From assembly GCF_006345805.1 (NCBI RefSeq), contig NC_043011.1, positions 7,564,001 through 7,628,000 on the forward strand: 64,000 nt of DNA, read 5' to 3'. The stretch is from Octopus sinensis (lineage: Eukaryota). Positions 52,243 to 63,799 of the stretch are shown here, piece by piece. A program made the translations under genes and the position numbers. A model generated the notes under the pieces. The model did no database searches, had not been told where the DNA came from, and saw nothing but the letters and a program-made list of their open reading frames with translations. The stretch's first letter is position 1. Every line of letters begins with the position of its first letter.

Positions 52243-52557
52243 TAGATATATCTATCTAAACTCTTGTCGTCCACCCAAGGTCTTTGAAATTTAATTAATA
52301 ATATCAGGAGAAGTATTTCCAAACACTCTTCAAAGAAATCTTCCTCAAAGCAGCTCCAAACTATAATAATGCTTTAAAAAAGAGGGGTTTCAAGACAGAA
52401 ATTACTAGATTCCCAACTTCTGCCACTTTGGACTGAGAATACAACAAACAATATTATGTGATTCGCCCGTTTCTCCGCTTGTATTTTAAAATTAATACCA
52501 TCAAAAAGCTTCTAAGGCGAGGCTGAATGGTAAGAAGCTTGTTAACTTGTCCCAAGT

Positions 52558-52943
52558 GGAGGCGCAATGGCCCAGTGGTTAGGGCAGCGGACTCGCGGTC
52601 GTAGGATCGCGGTTTCGATTCCCAGACCGGGCGTTGTGAGTCTTTATTGAGCGAAAACACCTAAAAAAGCTCCACGAGGCTCCGGCAGGGGATGGTGGTG
52701 ATCCCTACTGTACTCTTTCACCACAACTTTCTCTCACTTTTACTTCCTGTTTCTGTTGTACCTGTATTTCAAAGGGTCGACCTTGTCACTCTCTGTGTCA
52801 CGCTGAATATTCCCGAGAACTATGTTAATGGTACACGTGTCTGTGGAGTGCTCAGCCATTTACACGTTAATTTCACGAGCAGGCTGTTCCGTTGATCGGA
52901 TCAACCGGAACCCTCGTCGTCGTAACCGACGGAGTGCTTCCAT
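52558..52943 (+). mobile_element. SINE family C, tail variant 1
   Basis: Near-identical to 63424-63794. Confidence 0.9.
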
Positions 52944-52949
52944 CCACCT

Positions 52950-53275
52950 TGTCCCATAATTCCAGGTTCAGTTCCACTTCGTAACACCTTGAGTGTTTTC
53001 TACTACAGCCCCCGGCCGGTCAAGACCTTGTGAGTGGATTTAGGAGATGGAAATTGAAAGAAGCTTGTCGTATATGTCTTGACAACAACTTGACAACCGG
53101 TGTTGGTGTGTTTACGTCCCCGTAAATTAGCGGTTCAGTAACAGAGACCGATAGATTAAATACTAGGCTTTAAAATAATAAGTACTGGGGTCGATTCATT
53201 TGACTAAAGATTCTTCACGGCAGTGCCCCAGTATAGCCTTAGTCTAATGACTGAAACAAGTAAAAGAAAAAGAAA
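52950..53275 (+). mobile_element. SINE family A (diverged, almost no internal microsatellite)
   Basis: Head remnant and tail are contiguous. Confidence 0.75.
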
Positions 53276-54228
53276 ACAAAATAAAAGATTATCCTAATAG
53301 GAATATAATTGTTCGCTTTCCTCACGGCTCTAGGAAAGTCTTCAACAGGAACAACATAAAAGTTAGTTACAGCTGCAGCTCTTGCGTAGAAAACATAATA
53401 ATACATAATCTATTTTCCCCTCCATCCTCACTCGCCTCTCCGTCTTCACCTCGCCAAGTGAAACTTTAAAAAGCAGACGAGGTCTTGACTGAAAAGAAAA
53501 GTGTCTGTGTTTTTTTACTAACCTTCGGCATGCAATCAATTTTGCCTTACACATTACACACTGGTAAATTGCTGTTCTCTACACGACCAACGACGGTTGG
53601 TGGGGTCATCTTCACGATGAAGCCGGGCATTAACTAGATTCGTCTTACTAATATTTCCTTTATTAGACACAAGAGCCGATATATGTTATACAAAACGTGA
53701 AAGGCAAAAGGGTTGCAAAATACGCGGGTATGAACATACATAAGAGAAAAAATACAATTGGTGATGGGCATAAACGTATTTTGATAAATCAAAACTGGTT
53801 AAAAATTGAGTCCACAAACGGGTACCCTCCCACAAAGAGGTGAGAAGCTGTCACCTAGGGTATTTCACGACTCTCGTCTGTTATCTGCTCGTCATCATCG
53901 CAAATGGACGGAGAAGTATTTCTGGGAGAGGGCTTCGGGATCGTTTCCTTATGGGACCGACGACGGGAAGGTCTTATTCCCTGGGGTTTGATTTGCGGTT
54001 AACTTGGAACAACACTTGCTGGACCTACTGTTACTGTTAGAACTCATTGAGACAAAATGTCATCAGATGACCCTTGCTGACGCAGCTATGACAGCTAGGT
54101 CTTCGGACCTGTACCACTTTTCTCATGAATTTCGGAATGACTCTATGCTGACCCCGCTCCGAATACATTGAAGGGAATATGCAACATGCAAAGCGTACTT
54201 GTGTAATCAGTGGTATAATGCCGAAACG

Positions 54229-54545
54229 CATGACTCAGTGGTTAGATTGTGAGGTTGTGAGTTCGATTCCAGGACCCAGCTGCGTGTTGTGTTCTTGAGC
54301 AAGACACTTTATTTCATGCTACTCCAGTTAACTCAGCTGTAGAAATGAGTTGCGACGTCACAGATGCCAAGCTGTACCGGCCCCTTTGCCTTTCCCTTGG
54401 ATAACATCAGTGGTGTGGAGTGGGGAGGCTGGTATGCATGGGCAATTGCTGGCCTTCCATAAACAACCTTGCCTTGACTTGTGCCTCGGAGGGTAACTTT
54501 CTAGGTGCAATCGCATGGTCATTCATGACCGAAGGGGGTCTCCAC
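54229..54545 (+). mobile_element. SINE family D with 12-bp TSD
   Basis: aatgccgaaacg occurs at 54217-54228 and 54546-54557. Confidence 0.85.
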
Positions 54546-54671
54546 AATGCCGAAACGATAGTGTTCGATGATGCTTGGTTAAAACAGCGCTGCTTCAGGT
54601 CGCCCGTCCTCTCTCCCTTATTTTCCTCTCCATCCTTATTCGCCTCTCTGTCTTCACCTCGCCAAGTTTTT

Positions 54672-54930
54672 ATCGTGGGGCAAATCCAGGTTTTTGCAAA
54701 TTATCCAGTGAAAATACTGTGCTGCTCTATCATGCCTGTTGAGATACTCTGCAGGCGCAAGAAAACTGCACGTGGAGACAACATGATCAATGGTTTCATT
54801 TTGTTGTTGACATAAACGACATGTTAGGCTACTGCCGTTCTTTAATATGTTGGCTTCGTAGTTTCTTGTAGGTAGTCTTTGATCTTGGGCTGTTATGATA
54901 AACCCCTGTGTTTCTGATTTTAAACCAGAA
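54672..54930 (-). mobile_element. R4/Dong-like fragment (CCHC region)
   Basis: Reverse-complement match to 45000-45255. Confidence 0.8.
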
Positions 54931-55510
54931 AATACTAACCTCTACTCTTACCCCACACCCACATTGCACTACGAAAGTAACAATTGATTAGCAGTCATTA
55001 TTAGGGCCCATGCACCTGCTTGTCACACCTCTATTGAGCTGGTTCATTTACAATGATACAAGCCCCCTGGTGGGTCTGTAGCACATTATATCTGCTCATC
55101 TTCCATCTTCAAGGCTAGGAAGACACTACTGTCTACGTTTCCCCACCCGATGGAAATTACATCTCACCTATCATCGCCCAGGACTTCCTTCAATCCCTCT
55201 CTTGAAATAACACATCAGAAAACACCCAACCCAACTCTTTTTGCGTAGCAAAGACATATCCCATTTCTACACTTGGACAAACTCCTCGAGCAAGTAAACA
55301 CTGGTCTTTGGGATACACTTTTTATCTCATTTTATTCTCTTATTGAAGCTTCATCATCGGGAATGATAACTATAATGCTGTAATTATACTAAACTATGCG
55401 TTGTTGCTGTTGTGGTTGTTGTAGTTCTGGCTCATCAAGTTTTCAAAATGATTGTCCGTATTATTATTATTATTATTATTATTGCTAATTACTACAACTA
55501 CTACTACTAC

Positions 55511-55572
<62 letters not shown>

Positions 55573-55586
55573 GCTACTTACTACTA

Positions 55587-55866
55587 CTTATTCTTTGTAA
55601 GCCTAGTATTTATTCTATCGATCTCTTATGCCGAACACACCAGCATCGGTTGTCAAGCGATGTTGGGGGGACAAACACAGACACACACACACACACATAC
55701 ATACGACGGGATTCTTTCAGTTTCCGTCTACTGAATCCACTCACAAGGCTTTGGTCGGCCCGAGGCTATAGTAGAAGACACATGCCCAAGGTGCCACGCA
55801 GTGGGACTGAACCCAGAACCATGTGGTTGGTAAACAAGCTACTTACCACACAGCCACCCCTGCGCC
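55587..55866 (-). mobile_element. SINE family A following (CTA)n
   Basis: Partial tail, (CA)n tract and full head. Confidence 0.88.
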
Positions 55867-55884
55867 TAAGAAACCATATGAAAA

Positions 55885-56289
55885 TTATGTGTTTGTTTTA
55901 AAATTTGAGAATACATAGACAGTATTTTACGTAGGATATGGGCAGTTCCCATAAGTTCTAACTTTTGAATTTCTGCCATTTTGGGGTTTCATGGTATCTG
56001 ATCTAGGTAGCAATCAGCCCCTTTTGCTATCATTCCTAGGGCATCTATGACAACAGGTATTGTTTTAGTCTTCAGGCTCCACATTTTGCTAATTTCTATT
56101 TCAAGATCTTTATACTTGCTCAGTTTTTGGTAGGTCTTGACAGATACATTTATATCGATTGGGACAGTCATATGATTTTTGTCTGAAGTCTTTTGCCAGT
56201 TTGAATGGTGAAGTACCAGAGGAGTGAGATGTGATCATTTTGAAGCACCGGCGGTGGTTTGTGTTCCCACCAGTAGGTCCAGGTTTTTG
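55885..56289 (-). mobile_element. R4/Dong-like endonuclease fragment with internal deletion
   Basis: ORF 55989-56171 (MTVPIDINVSVKTYQKLSKYKDLE) matches 45416-45600. Confidence 0.85.
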
Positions 56290-56357
<68 letters not shown>

Positions 56358-56360
56358 TTA

Positions 56361-56650
56361 CAACTGGCAATAACAATGAAGATTGCTTACAATTGGCCTA
56401 GACACCTACCTGAAAAAGTCTGAGGACTGGATGTTATAACTTGTCTCAAAACATGAAAACAAGAAAGCATCATACTCAGTAACAAAACAGGCAAAGGAAT
56501 ATCTAAGTGAATTCCGAATACAACAAATTTCGGAATTAGAGATAGACATACAAGAAACAAGCACAGAAAAAGCTAAGCGCATGAAAATCCGTGCTAAATC
56601 TGCGGCCTTAGATATTCTTGTACAAGTGTAAAGCAAAAGTCAAACATAGA
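56361..56650 (+). mobile_element. Internally deleted R4/Dong-like copy
   Basis: Sequence equivalent to 44648-44900 is joined directly to the terminal ttgtacaa..caaacataga. It lies between (AAT)n and (AAC)/(AAT). Confidence 0.85.
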
Positions 56651-57429
56651 ACAACAACAACAACAATAATAATGATAATTAATAGAATGTAAAATATTGG
56701 TTTCGTATTTTGGCACAAGGCCAGCAGTTTCGGGTGATGGGCTAAGTCGATTAAGTCCCCAAGGTGCCACGCAGTGGGATTGAACCCGGAACCATGTGGT
56801 TGGGAAGCATGCTTCTTACCACAGAGCCACGCCTGCACCTAGTGTGTATTCCTGTAATGTCATATCGTTTGGACTGGTACTTATTTTATCGACCCTGAAA
56901 GGAGGAAATGAAAGTCGACCATGGCAGAATTTGAACTCAGAACGTAAAGACGGACGAAATGCCGCATTTTGCCCATCGTGCCAACGATTCTGACAATTTG
57001 CCGAAATATTCTGCAAATTGACTGAAATCAAAATACAGAACGTGGCAGCAAAACCCTCCAAGACTTGAAATGGTCATTGGTGTGGCACTAATAAAGTTTG
57101 GCAGATCGTTATTAGTTTATTCTTTTACCTACTTCAGTCAACTGACTGCAACCATGCTGGAGCACCGCCTTTTAGTAGAACAAATCGACAGTGTAAGCCT
57201 CGTACTTATTCTGTCGGTCTCTTTTACCAAATCGCCAAGTTGCAGGGACGTAATTTATATATATATAGGCGTAGGATTGGCTGTGTGGTAAGTAGCTTGC
57301 TTACGAACCACATGGTTCCAGGTTCAGTCCCACTGCGTGGCACCTTGGGTAAAGTGTCTTCTACTTCAGGCTCGGGCCGACCAAAGCCTTGTGAGTGGAT
57401 TTGGTAGACGGAAACTTTGTTCACCATCC

Positions 57430-57990
57430 AACTCGATCCGATGCAAGGGTTTCTATATCTTCTCGAACCATTTTCAGTGACTTCATAGTACTCCTTATAC
57501 CGTCCTTAAACCTACGCCGAAAGAGTTTCCCCTCTGCAAGCTCACAATAAAACAACTGTTTCGGCATGCGTTCATCTGCCATTCAAATATGGCCACACCA
57601 TCTCATTTGGTGCCTCAACATCATAGCTTTAATTGAGGTGATGCCTGCAGATGCAAGGACATCTGTGTTTGGAGTAAAAAAACTCCATTTATTGTTTAAA
57701 ATGCAATGAAGGCATTTTTGGTGGAATTGTTCTAACAATTTAAAATGCCTTTCATAACAAGTCCAAGTTTCACAAGAATACAACAGGGATGGTAAGACAA
57801 ATGATTTGTAAAGAGCCAGCTTTGTATTCTAATTTATATGTCACTGGCATCAAACGTGTGACTTCAGGCCACCAAATGCTTTTGCAGCCCTTTGAAATCG
57901 CTTCTGTATTTCTGTATCAATATTTCCATCATTTTGTACAGAGCTTCCAAGGCAGACGAATCGACAACCTCAAGTAACTTATCCTTAACA
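57430..57990 (-). mobile_element. Decayed RTE-clade LINE fragment
   Basis: YSCETWTCYERHFKLLEQFHQKCLHCIL..RHQMRWCGHI is homologous to 18253-18500. Confidence 0.75.
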
Positions 57991-58084
57991 AAAATTTTAG
58001 GGGGTTACAAGCATGACCACACACACACACATACATACATACATATACGTTTTCCCTGTTTCAGACACGCGCTGTTACTATGCT

Positions 58085-60520
58085 GGGGCAACCATATTAA
58101 TGTTGCTAGTTAATTTCACCGCAATCAAACCCTCTCTCCGGGTTTGAATTTGGTGAACCAGTCCGTTGGACCAAGCTGTCCTTATTAGCGTTTCCTGCTA
58201 GGATGCAGTTTCATCCAGAATCTTGGATAAAAATTTATCTAAGTGTTCTGAAAACCCATTCACAATTATGCCTCGCAAATCTTTGAGATCCTTTGGCAAT
58301 ATATTGAAGCGCTGTGGGTCATTGAACCCCAAGCTTTACAGTATTTGATCCTTATTCTAGATGGAAATGGGAGTGCCCTTTGGGTACTCTGCAGTGGTGT
58401 CCAGATCGGGGTTGGGTGGGGGTATAGCTTTCAATCACGAATTGAGAGACCAGGTACTCCAGGACCTTCCTTAAATATATAAACACACACATACACACAC
58501 ACACACAAAAGACAGACAGAAAAACACACGCACACACACAAAAGACAAACGTAATGACAAACTCACAGACATACACACAGACACACAGACACACACACAC
58601 ACACACACACACACCACACACACACACACAAAAGACAAACATAACGACAAACTCACAGACATACACACAGACTCACACGCGCGCGCACAGACACACATAT
58701 ATTGGTGCATACATTTCATGTCTGTGCTGTGGGAGCCGGGCCTCGGCTCTTTTAACCTCTCCTCAGTCGCTCATCTGTTGTACCGAGGCAATCTCGTTTG
58801 CGTTGTGATGCTGGATTGCCTTGAGCTCTGCCGTTAAATCGATGCTCTTTGCAGAACAGTAATCCAAGCGACTGTCACAGACAGTTCTCATTACGACCAA
58901 CATGGTTTCCGTTTGTCCTTGTTCTCAATGATCTCAGAAGCCAACCAGCCTTTCGTCTGCACACTGTTGCCATCTTAGTAATATTCAGTGAAAACGATGC
59001 ATCCTTTATTTCTTTATTGTCGACCGGGGACTAAGCATAGAGGGGACAAACAAAGACAGAAAAAGGGATTAAGTCGATTACATCGACCCTAGTGTTTCAC
59101 TGGTACTTATTTAATCGACCCCGAAAGGATGAAAGGCAAAGTCGACCTCGGCCGAATTTGAACTCAGAACGTAATTTTCTTATTTTATTGCTCACAAGGG
59201 GCTACACACAGAAGAGATAAACAAGGACAGACAAACAGATTAAGTCGATTACACCGACCCCAGTATTTCATTAGTATTTATTTAATCGACCCCGAAAGGA
59301 TGAAAGGCAAAGTCGATCTCGGCGGAATTTGAACTCAGAACGTAACAGCTTAGCATTTCGTCCAGCGTGCTAACGATTCTGCCAGCTCGCCGCCTTGATG
59401 CATCCTCACTCATGCGCATTCCCAAGTGTCTGCGACTGCAATACATCCTGGTTCCGTGTATTGCAACTGCAATCTGTTCGTGGACCGATAGTCGAGTGCT
59501 TGGAACTTCTCAGCATTGAACTGCATGTTATTTTCCTCACCCCACTTGTACATTGGTTTCGTATTTTGGCACAAGGCCAGCAATTTCGGGGGGTCGGGGA
59601 GATAAGTCGACTACATCAACCTCAGTACTCAACTGGTAGTCATTTTATCGATCCCGAAAGGACGAGAAGCAAAGTCGTCCGCTTGTGTAATGCGTTTAAA
59701 TCGTTCCGCAGATTTAGGGTGTCACCAGAATCCTCGAGTGCTTGCGATACTTTTGGATTATCAACGTAGCTGGGGAGAGAGCGTGACTGGATGAATGGGG
59801 GCCTGTCTCAGAGCTCCTCCACAAACAGTAATGGTCCCTGTATAGTTCCCTGAGAATTGATTTAACCTTAGAGAGAGAGAGACGCAAGAGAGGAAGAGAC
59901 GTGAGAGAGAGAGGGAGATGGAAGAGAGACACAGAGAGTCAGAGAGAAGGGAGTTGGAATGAAGAGAGAGATAGGTTAAAGAGAGAGTGATGGTTAGATA
60001 GATAGAGAGAGAGAGTTAGAGGGAGAGGGAGACATGAGAGAGATGAGTTAGATATATATAGAGAAAGATGCGTTAGAGAGAGAGAGGGAGCAGCGTTAGA
60101 TGCGTGCAAGAGAGAGAGAAAGAAAGAGAGAGATGGGGAGAGCAAAATTGGTCGCGACTGTTTGACTCTTGCCTTTTAGAAAATCGTGCGACCACTCCAC
60201 TAGTTTTCTAAGAATACCAAGGTCACGCTGTTTGTGGCATTATTCCGTGATCACCTTTATTCCTTGATCACATCCGCATTTAATTGGCTGAGGTGTTGAT
60301 TCTGTACCTAATCAAAATGCTGTAGTAACCGTGTGAGGCAGTTTCTTGCTGGACGGAAATTATGCAGCCTGTCAGTGGGGAAGATATTTTCGTTTAGGAA
60401 CGTGATCGCCTTCCTTCTGAAAATGCGTTCCATGACTTTCCTGACACATGCGGTTAGACAGGTAGGCCAGCAGAGATCGAAGTTGGAGTTCTGAGGTCGA
60501 ATCCGTTAAATATATGGTGT
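58085..60520 (-). mobile_element. Fragmented CR1-group (CR1/L2/Crack-like) LINE, from the RT domain to the 3' end
   Basis: Colinear minus-strand blocks: KVMERI..HNFRPARNCLTRLL..KVDHG (60140-60520), QGTIQGPLLF..SYVDN (59690-59850), EENNMQFNAEK (59400-59540), SRLDYCS (58730-58990) and FNILPKDL (58085-58470). SINEs and microsatellites interrupt it. Confidence 0.8.
59006..59396 (-). mobile_element. Dimeric SINE family B with 10-bp TSD, inside the CR1-group LINE
   Basis: gatgcatcct occurs at 58996-59005 and 59397-59406. A further partial B copy lies at 59555-59680. Confidence 0.88.
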
Positions 60521-60909
60521 AGGATCAATAAAAATGCAAATAAACAACACTTGATAAGTGAAACTGTGAGTTAAGTCTGTTAACGTTTCGGATGTTTGTC
60601 CGTCACCCAAAAGGAAAAAAAAAACAATAGCATACAGTAAGAGAGGAAAAAGGGAACAGTGAAAGTATAAAAAGGAAAATATTCATTACAAATATATTTA
60701 TTAAAAAAAGTTAAGAAGTGTGAGATAGACACACGAAGAAAATAAAGAATTAGAAACCAGTGAAGAAAACCATTTAATGGCGGTGATGGGGTCATAAAAA
60801 AAGGTGCGGATGTGTAAATGCATATGGCAGAGTGTTTCAGTGTATGGATGCGGATAAAAAGCGAAATGGTTTTGGTGTGTATTGGTGTGATATATCTATG
60901 CGTATATAT

Positions 60910-61136
60910 TCTTTTACTCTTTTACTTGTTTCAATCATTTTGACTGCGGCTTTGCTGGAGAACCACCTTTAGTGGAGCAAATCGACCGCAGGACTTACTT
61001 TTTGTAAGCCTAGTATTTATTCTATCGGTCTCTTTTGCTGAACCGCTAAGTTACGGGGATTTAAACACACTAGCATCGGTTGTCAAGCGATGCTGGGGAC
61101 ACACACACACACACACACAACATATACATACATACA

Positions 61137-61205
<69 letters not shown>

Positions 61206-61383
61206 TATATTATATATATATATACGACGGGCTTTCAGTTTCCGCTTACCAAATCCACTCACAAGGTTTGGTCCGTCCGAGGCTATAGTAGAAGACACTT
61301 GCCCAAGGTGGAACGCAGTGGAAATGAACCTGGAACCATGTGGTTAGTAAGCACGCTACTTACCACACAGCCACTCCTGCGTC
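60910..61383 (-). mobile_element. SINE family A, full architecture
   Basis: Tail with (cttttact)2, internal CA/CATA/TA tract, full head. Confidence 0.9.
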
Positions 61384-61543
61384 TGAATGCAAGTACAAAA
61401 GTATGGTGGGGTTGGTTAGTGGAGAGTGGTGGAAGGCGGCAGTTGCAAAATTATTCGGTGAATAGAATAAAAGCATATGTGTGAAACTGTGAAAACGTGT
61501 GCGTAGTTAGGTTTCAGGCTAGCTTTCAAATATACAGCATTTT

Positions 61544-61582
61544 ATGTTTCTGAAGAAGGTTTAACACCCGAAACGTTAAGAT
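61544..61582 (+). ncRNA. Minimal hammerhead-like motif
   Basis: ATGTTT-CTGAAGA-A-GGT-TTAAC-ACC-C-GAAA-CG-TT-AAGAT. Confidence 0.4.
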
Positions 61583-61692
61583 ACTCTACAGTCATTTCAA
61601 CTTCTCAAGTATTAAATACGTACAATATTGCCAAAATTATATTGTCTTTGCTGTTTTTTTAAAGATTATTGAAATTGCGGCACACATACACA

Positions 61693-61924
61693 TTGGGTTG
61701 TCCGAAAAGATCGTGCCGATTTTTAAAGGAAAGAAAAAGGTCAATAAATACTTGCCGTTACATTTTTAATCAACCAAATATGAACCATTTTCTTGCACAA
61801 TGCGTCTCCATCTTTCCTTTCACTTGAAAATACCCTCTTCCCAGAATTGAGGTGCCTGGGAGGAGGGGGGCAAATTGAAAAGTAAGCTACTATAAAATCG
61901 GCACGAACTTTCCGGACAACCCAA
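61693..61924 (-). mobile_element. Internally deleted mariner (MITE)
   Basis: About 30-bp TIRs ttgggttgtccg(a/g)aaag(a/t)tcgtgccgatttt with CA and TA flanks. It retains the transposase C-terminus EFWEEGIFK*KERWRRIVQENGSYLVD. Confidence 0.9.
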
Positions 61925-62408
61925 TATATACATATTATTAATATACATTTATACATTATCACTCACACACACGTACTCACGCACTACGCATGCATACACA
62001 CACATTACGCTTTCTAATGAAACTATAAGATTTACTCAGGCACTCAACTATGAGTCCACAGCATCAAATACTAGAAACAGCTGTAAGGTAAAGAAATTCA
62101 CAAGATAATCGTTTACTCTTTTCTCATATCTTTTCTTACTCCTCCCCCACCACACACATATATAAACACACACAATCTATGTGTGTGTGTGTGTTTGTGT
62201 CTGAATTGTGCCTGTTGTAGTGTTTACATCCCCGTTAACTAGCGGTTCGGCAAGAGAGATCGACTGAACAAGTACCAATGTTACAAAAAGAAAAGTGCAG
62301 AGGTCAATCCTTTCGACTATAAAAAATCTTCAAGGTGTGCCCCAGCATGACCAGTGACTGAAAGAGGTAAAAGATCATATACGTATGTATGTGTGTGTGT
62401 GTGTGTTG

Positions 62409-62650
62409 TATCTGTAAAATAATATGTGACAATTATTCGGTTTCATGTCGGGGCGGAAATCAGCTCCGGCATCTCGTCAGTTGATTGTCTTAATAACCGA
62501 CGAGATGCCGGAGCAGGTTTCCGCTCCGACATCCGAAATCTGTAGTTTTATTATGGCAACCGAATAATTGTCACATATTATATTACAGATAAATTCCTCT
62601 ATTTACATAATATCGAGGTCTCATTGATTATTTGGTTGTCTTACCATTAC
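62409..62650 (+). mobile_element. Short Penelope-end-like element with nested fold-back duplication
   Basis: Outer arms 62409-62442 and 62558-62591; inner arms 62445-62482 and 62495-62532. Related to 38290-38460. Confidence 0.6.
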
Positions 62651-62652
62651 TA

Positions 62653-62688
<36 letters not shown>

Positions 62689-62699
62689 CATATATATAA

Positions 62700-62910
62700 A
62701 TGTGACCTCGTGTGTACCGTTGGCGATTTTTTTTTCCCTCTGTCTTCCCTTCTCGGGATCTTTCCTTCTCCTATGTTTCCGACGAAGAGCTCCGCTCGAA
62801 ACGTTAAACCCTCCTTCTTCCCTTCTTTCCTGAGCTTCCAATAATACTATATTTGTTCCACGTCCTCGCGTTGTTTGTTTTTTTTTGTGTTTTCTTGCTT
62901 GGATTAACTT
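62700..62910 (+). mobile_element. (TA)n-embedded short element with hammerhead-like motif
   Basis: (TA)n flanks both sides. A second copy lies at 42820-43012. Confidence 0.8.
62775..62809 (+). ncRNA. Minimal type I hammerhead-like motif (CCGACGA core variant)
   Basis: GTTT-CCGACGA-A-GAGC-TCC-GCTC-GAAA-CG-TT-AAAC, with perfect stems I and II. Confidence 0.55.
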
Positions 62911-62959
<49 letters not shown>

Positions 62960-62964
62960 CTATA

Positions 62965-63189
62965 CTTTATTTAAAGCAGCAGAAAATTCAACAAAACCTG
63001 TTACTCTGAGTTTCCCGTTGCCATTCATCGGACAGTTTTCGCTAGCAAAAACTCCCGATGAATGGCAACGGGAAACTCAGAGTAACAGGTTTTGTTGAAT
63101 TTTCTGCTGCTTTAAATAAAGCATATTACTCTACCACTGGTATTTGAGTACTCTTTTTTCCACCTTGTTTCACATTTGTGTTTACTCCG

Positions 63190-63192
<3 letters not shown>
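62965..63192 (+). mobile_element. (TA)n-embedded short element with a perfect 67-bp inverted duplication
   Basis: Arms 62965-63031 and 63055-63121. The tail matches 23641-23735. Confidence 0.75.
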
Positions 63193-63222
<30 letters not shown>

Positions 63223-63423
63223 GTCTTCTCTCGTAATTAAAAATGCTCATATATACGTGTGTATTATTTTTTTTGCATTGTCAGTCGTCCATAGATGAAA
63301 CCACATTTTCATGTCATAATTTTTCTTTCTGTGCAAAATCGTATCAGTTGGCTTCAAGTCCTCGTTGAACGGGTTTCATTTCAGAGACGACCTTCCCTTA
63401 GATTGATTGTGTTCATTACGACC

Positions 63424-63794
63424 GGAGGCGCAATGGTCCAGTGGTCAGGGCAGCGGACTCGCGGTCGTAGGATCGCGGTTTCGATTCCCAGACCGGGCGT
63501 TGTGAGTGTTTATTGAGCGAAAACACCTAAAGCTCCACGAGGCTCCGGCAGGGATGGTGGTGATCCCTGCTGTACTCTTTCTCTCACTCTTTCTTGCTAT
63601 TTCTGTTGTACCTGTATTTCAAAGGGCCGGCCTTGTCACTCTCTGTGTCACGCTGAATATCCCCGAGAACTACGTTAAGGGTACACGTGTCTGTGAAGTT
63701 CTCAGCCACTTACACGTTAATTTCACGAGCAGGCTGTTCCGTTAATTCGGATCAACCGGAACCCTCGTCGTCGTAACCGACGGAGTGCTTCCAT
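63424..63794 (+). mobile_element. SINE family C, tail variant 1
   Basis: Near-identical to 52558-52943. Confidence 0.9.
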
Positions 63795-63799
63795 CTCAT

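Noticed and set aside
53411-54667. 49-bp direct repeats (53411-53459 and 54619-54667) as possible LTRs
   Set aside because: They are too short, lack TG..CA ends, PBS and PPT, and enclose no gag/pol sequence.
60583-60625. Minus-strand GGA..TCC-GAAACGTT motif resembling the hammerhead class
   Set aside because: The catalytic core is decayed (TGGGTGA) and stem I is mismatched. At most it is a relic.
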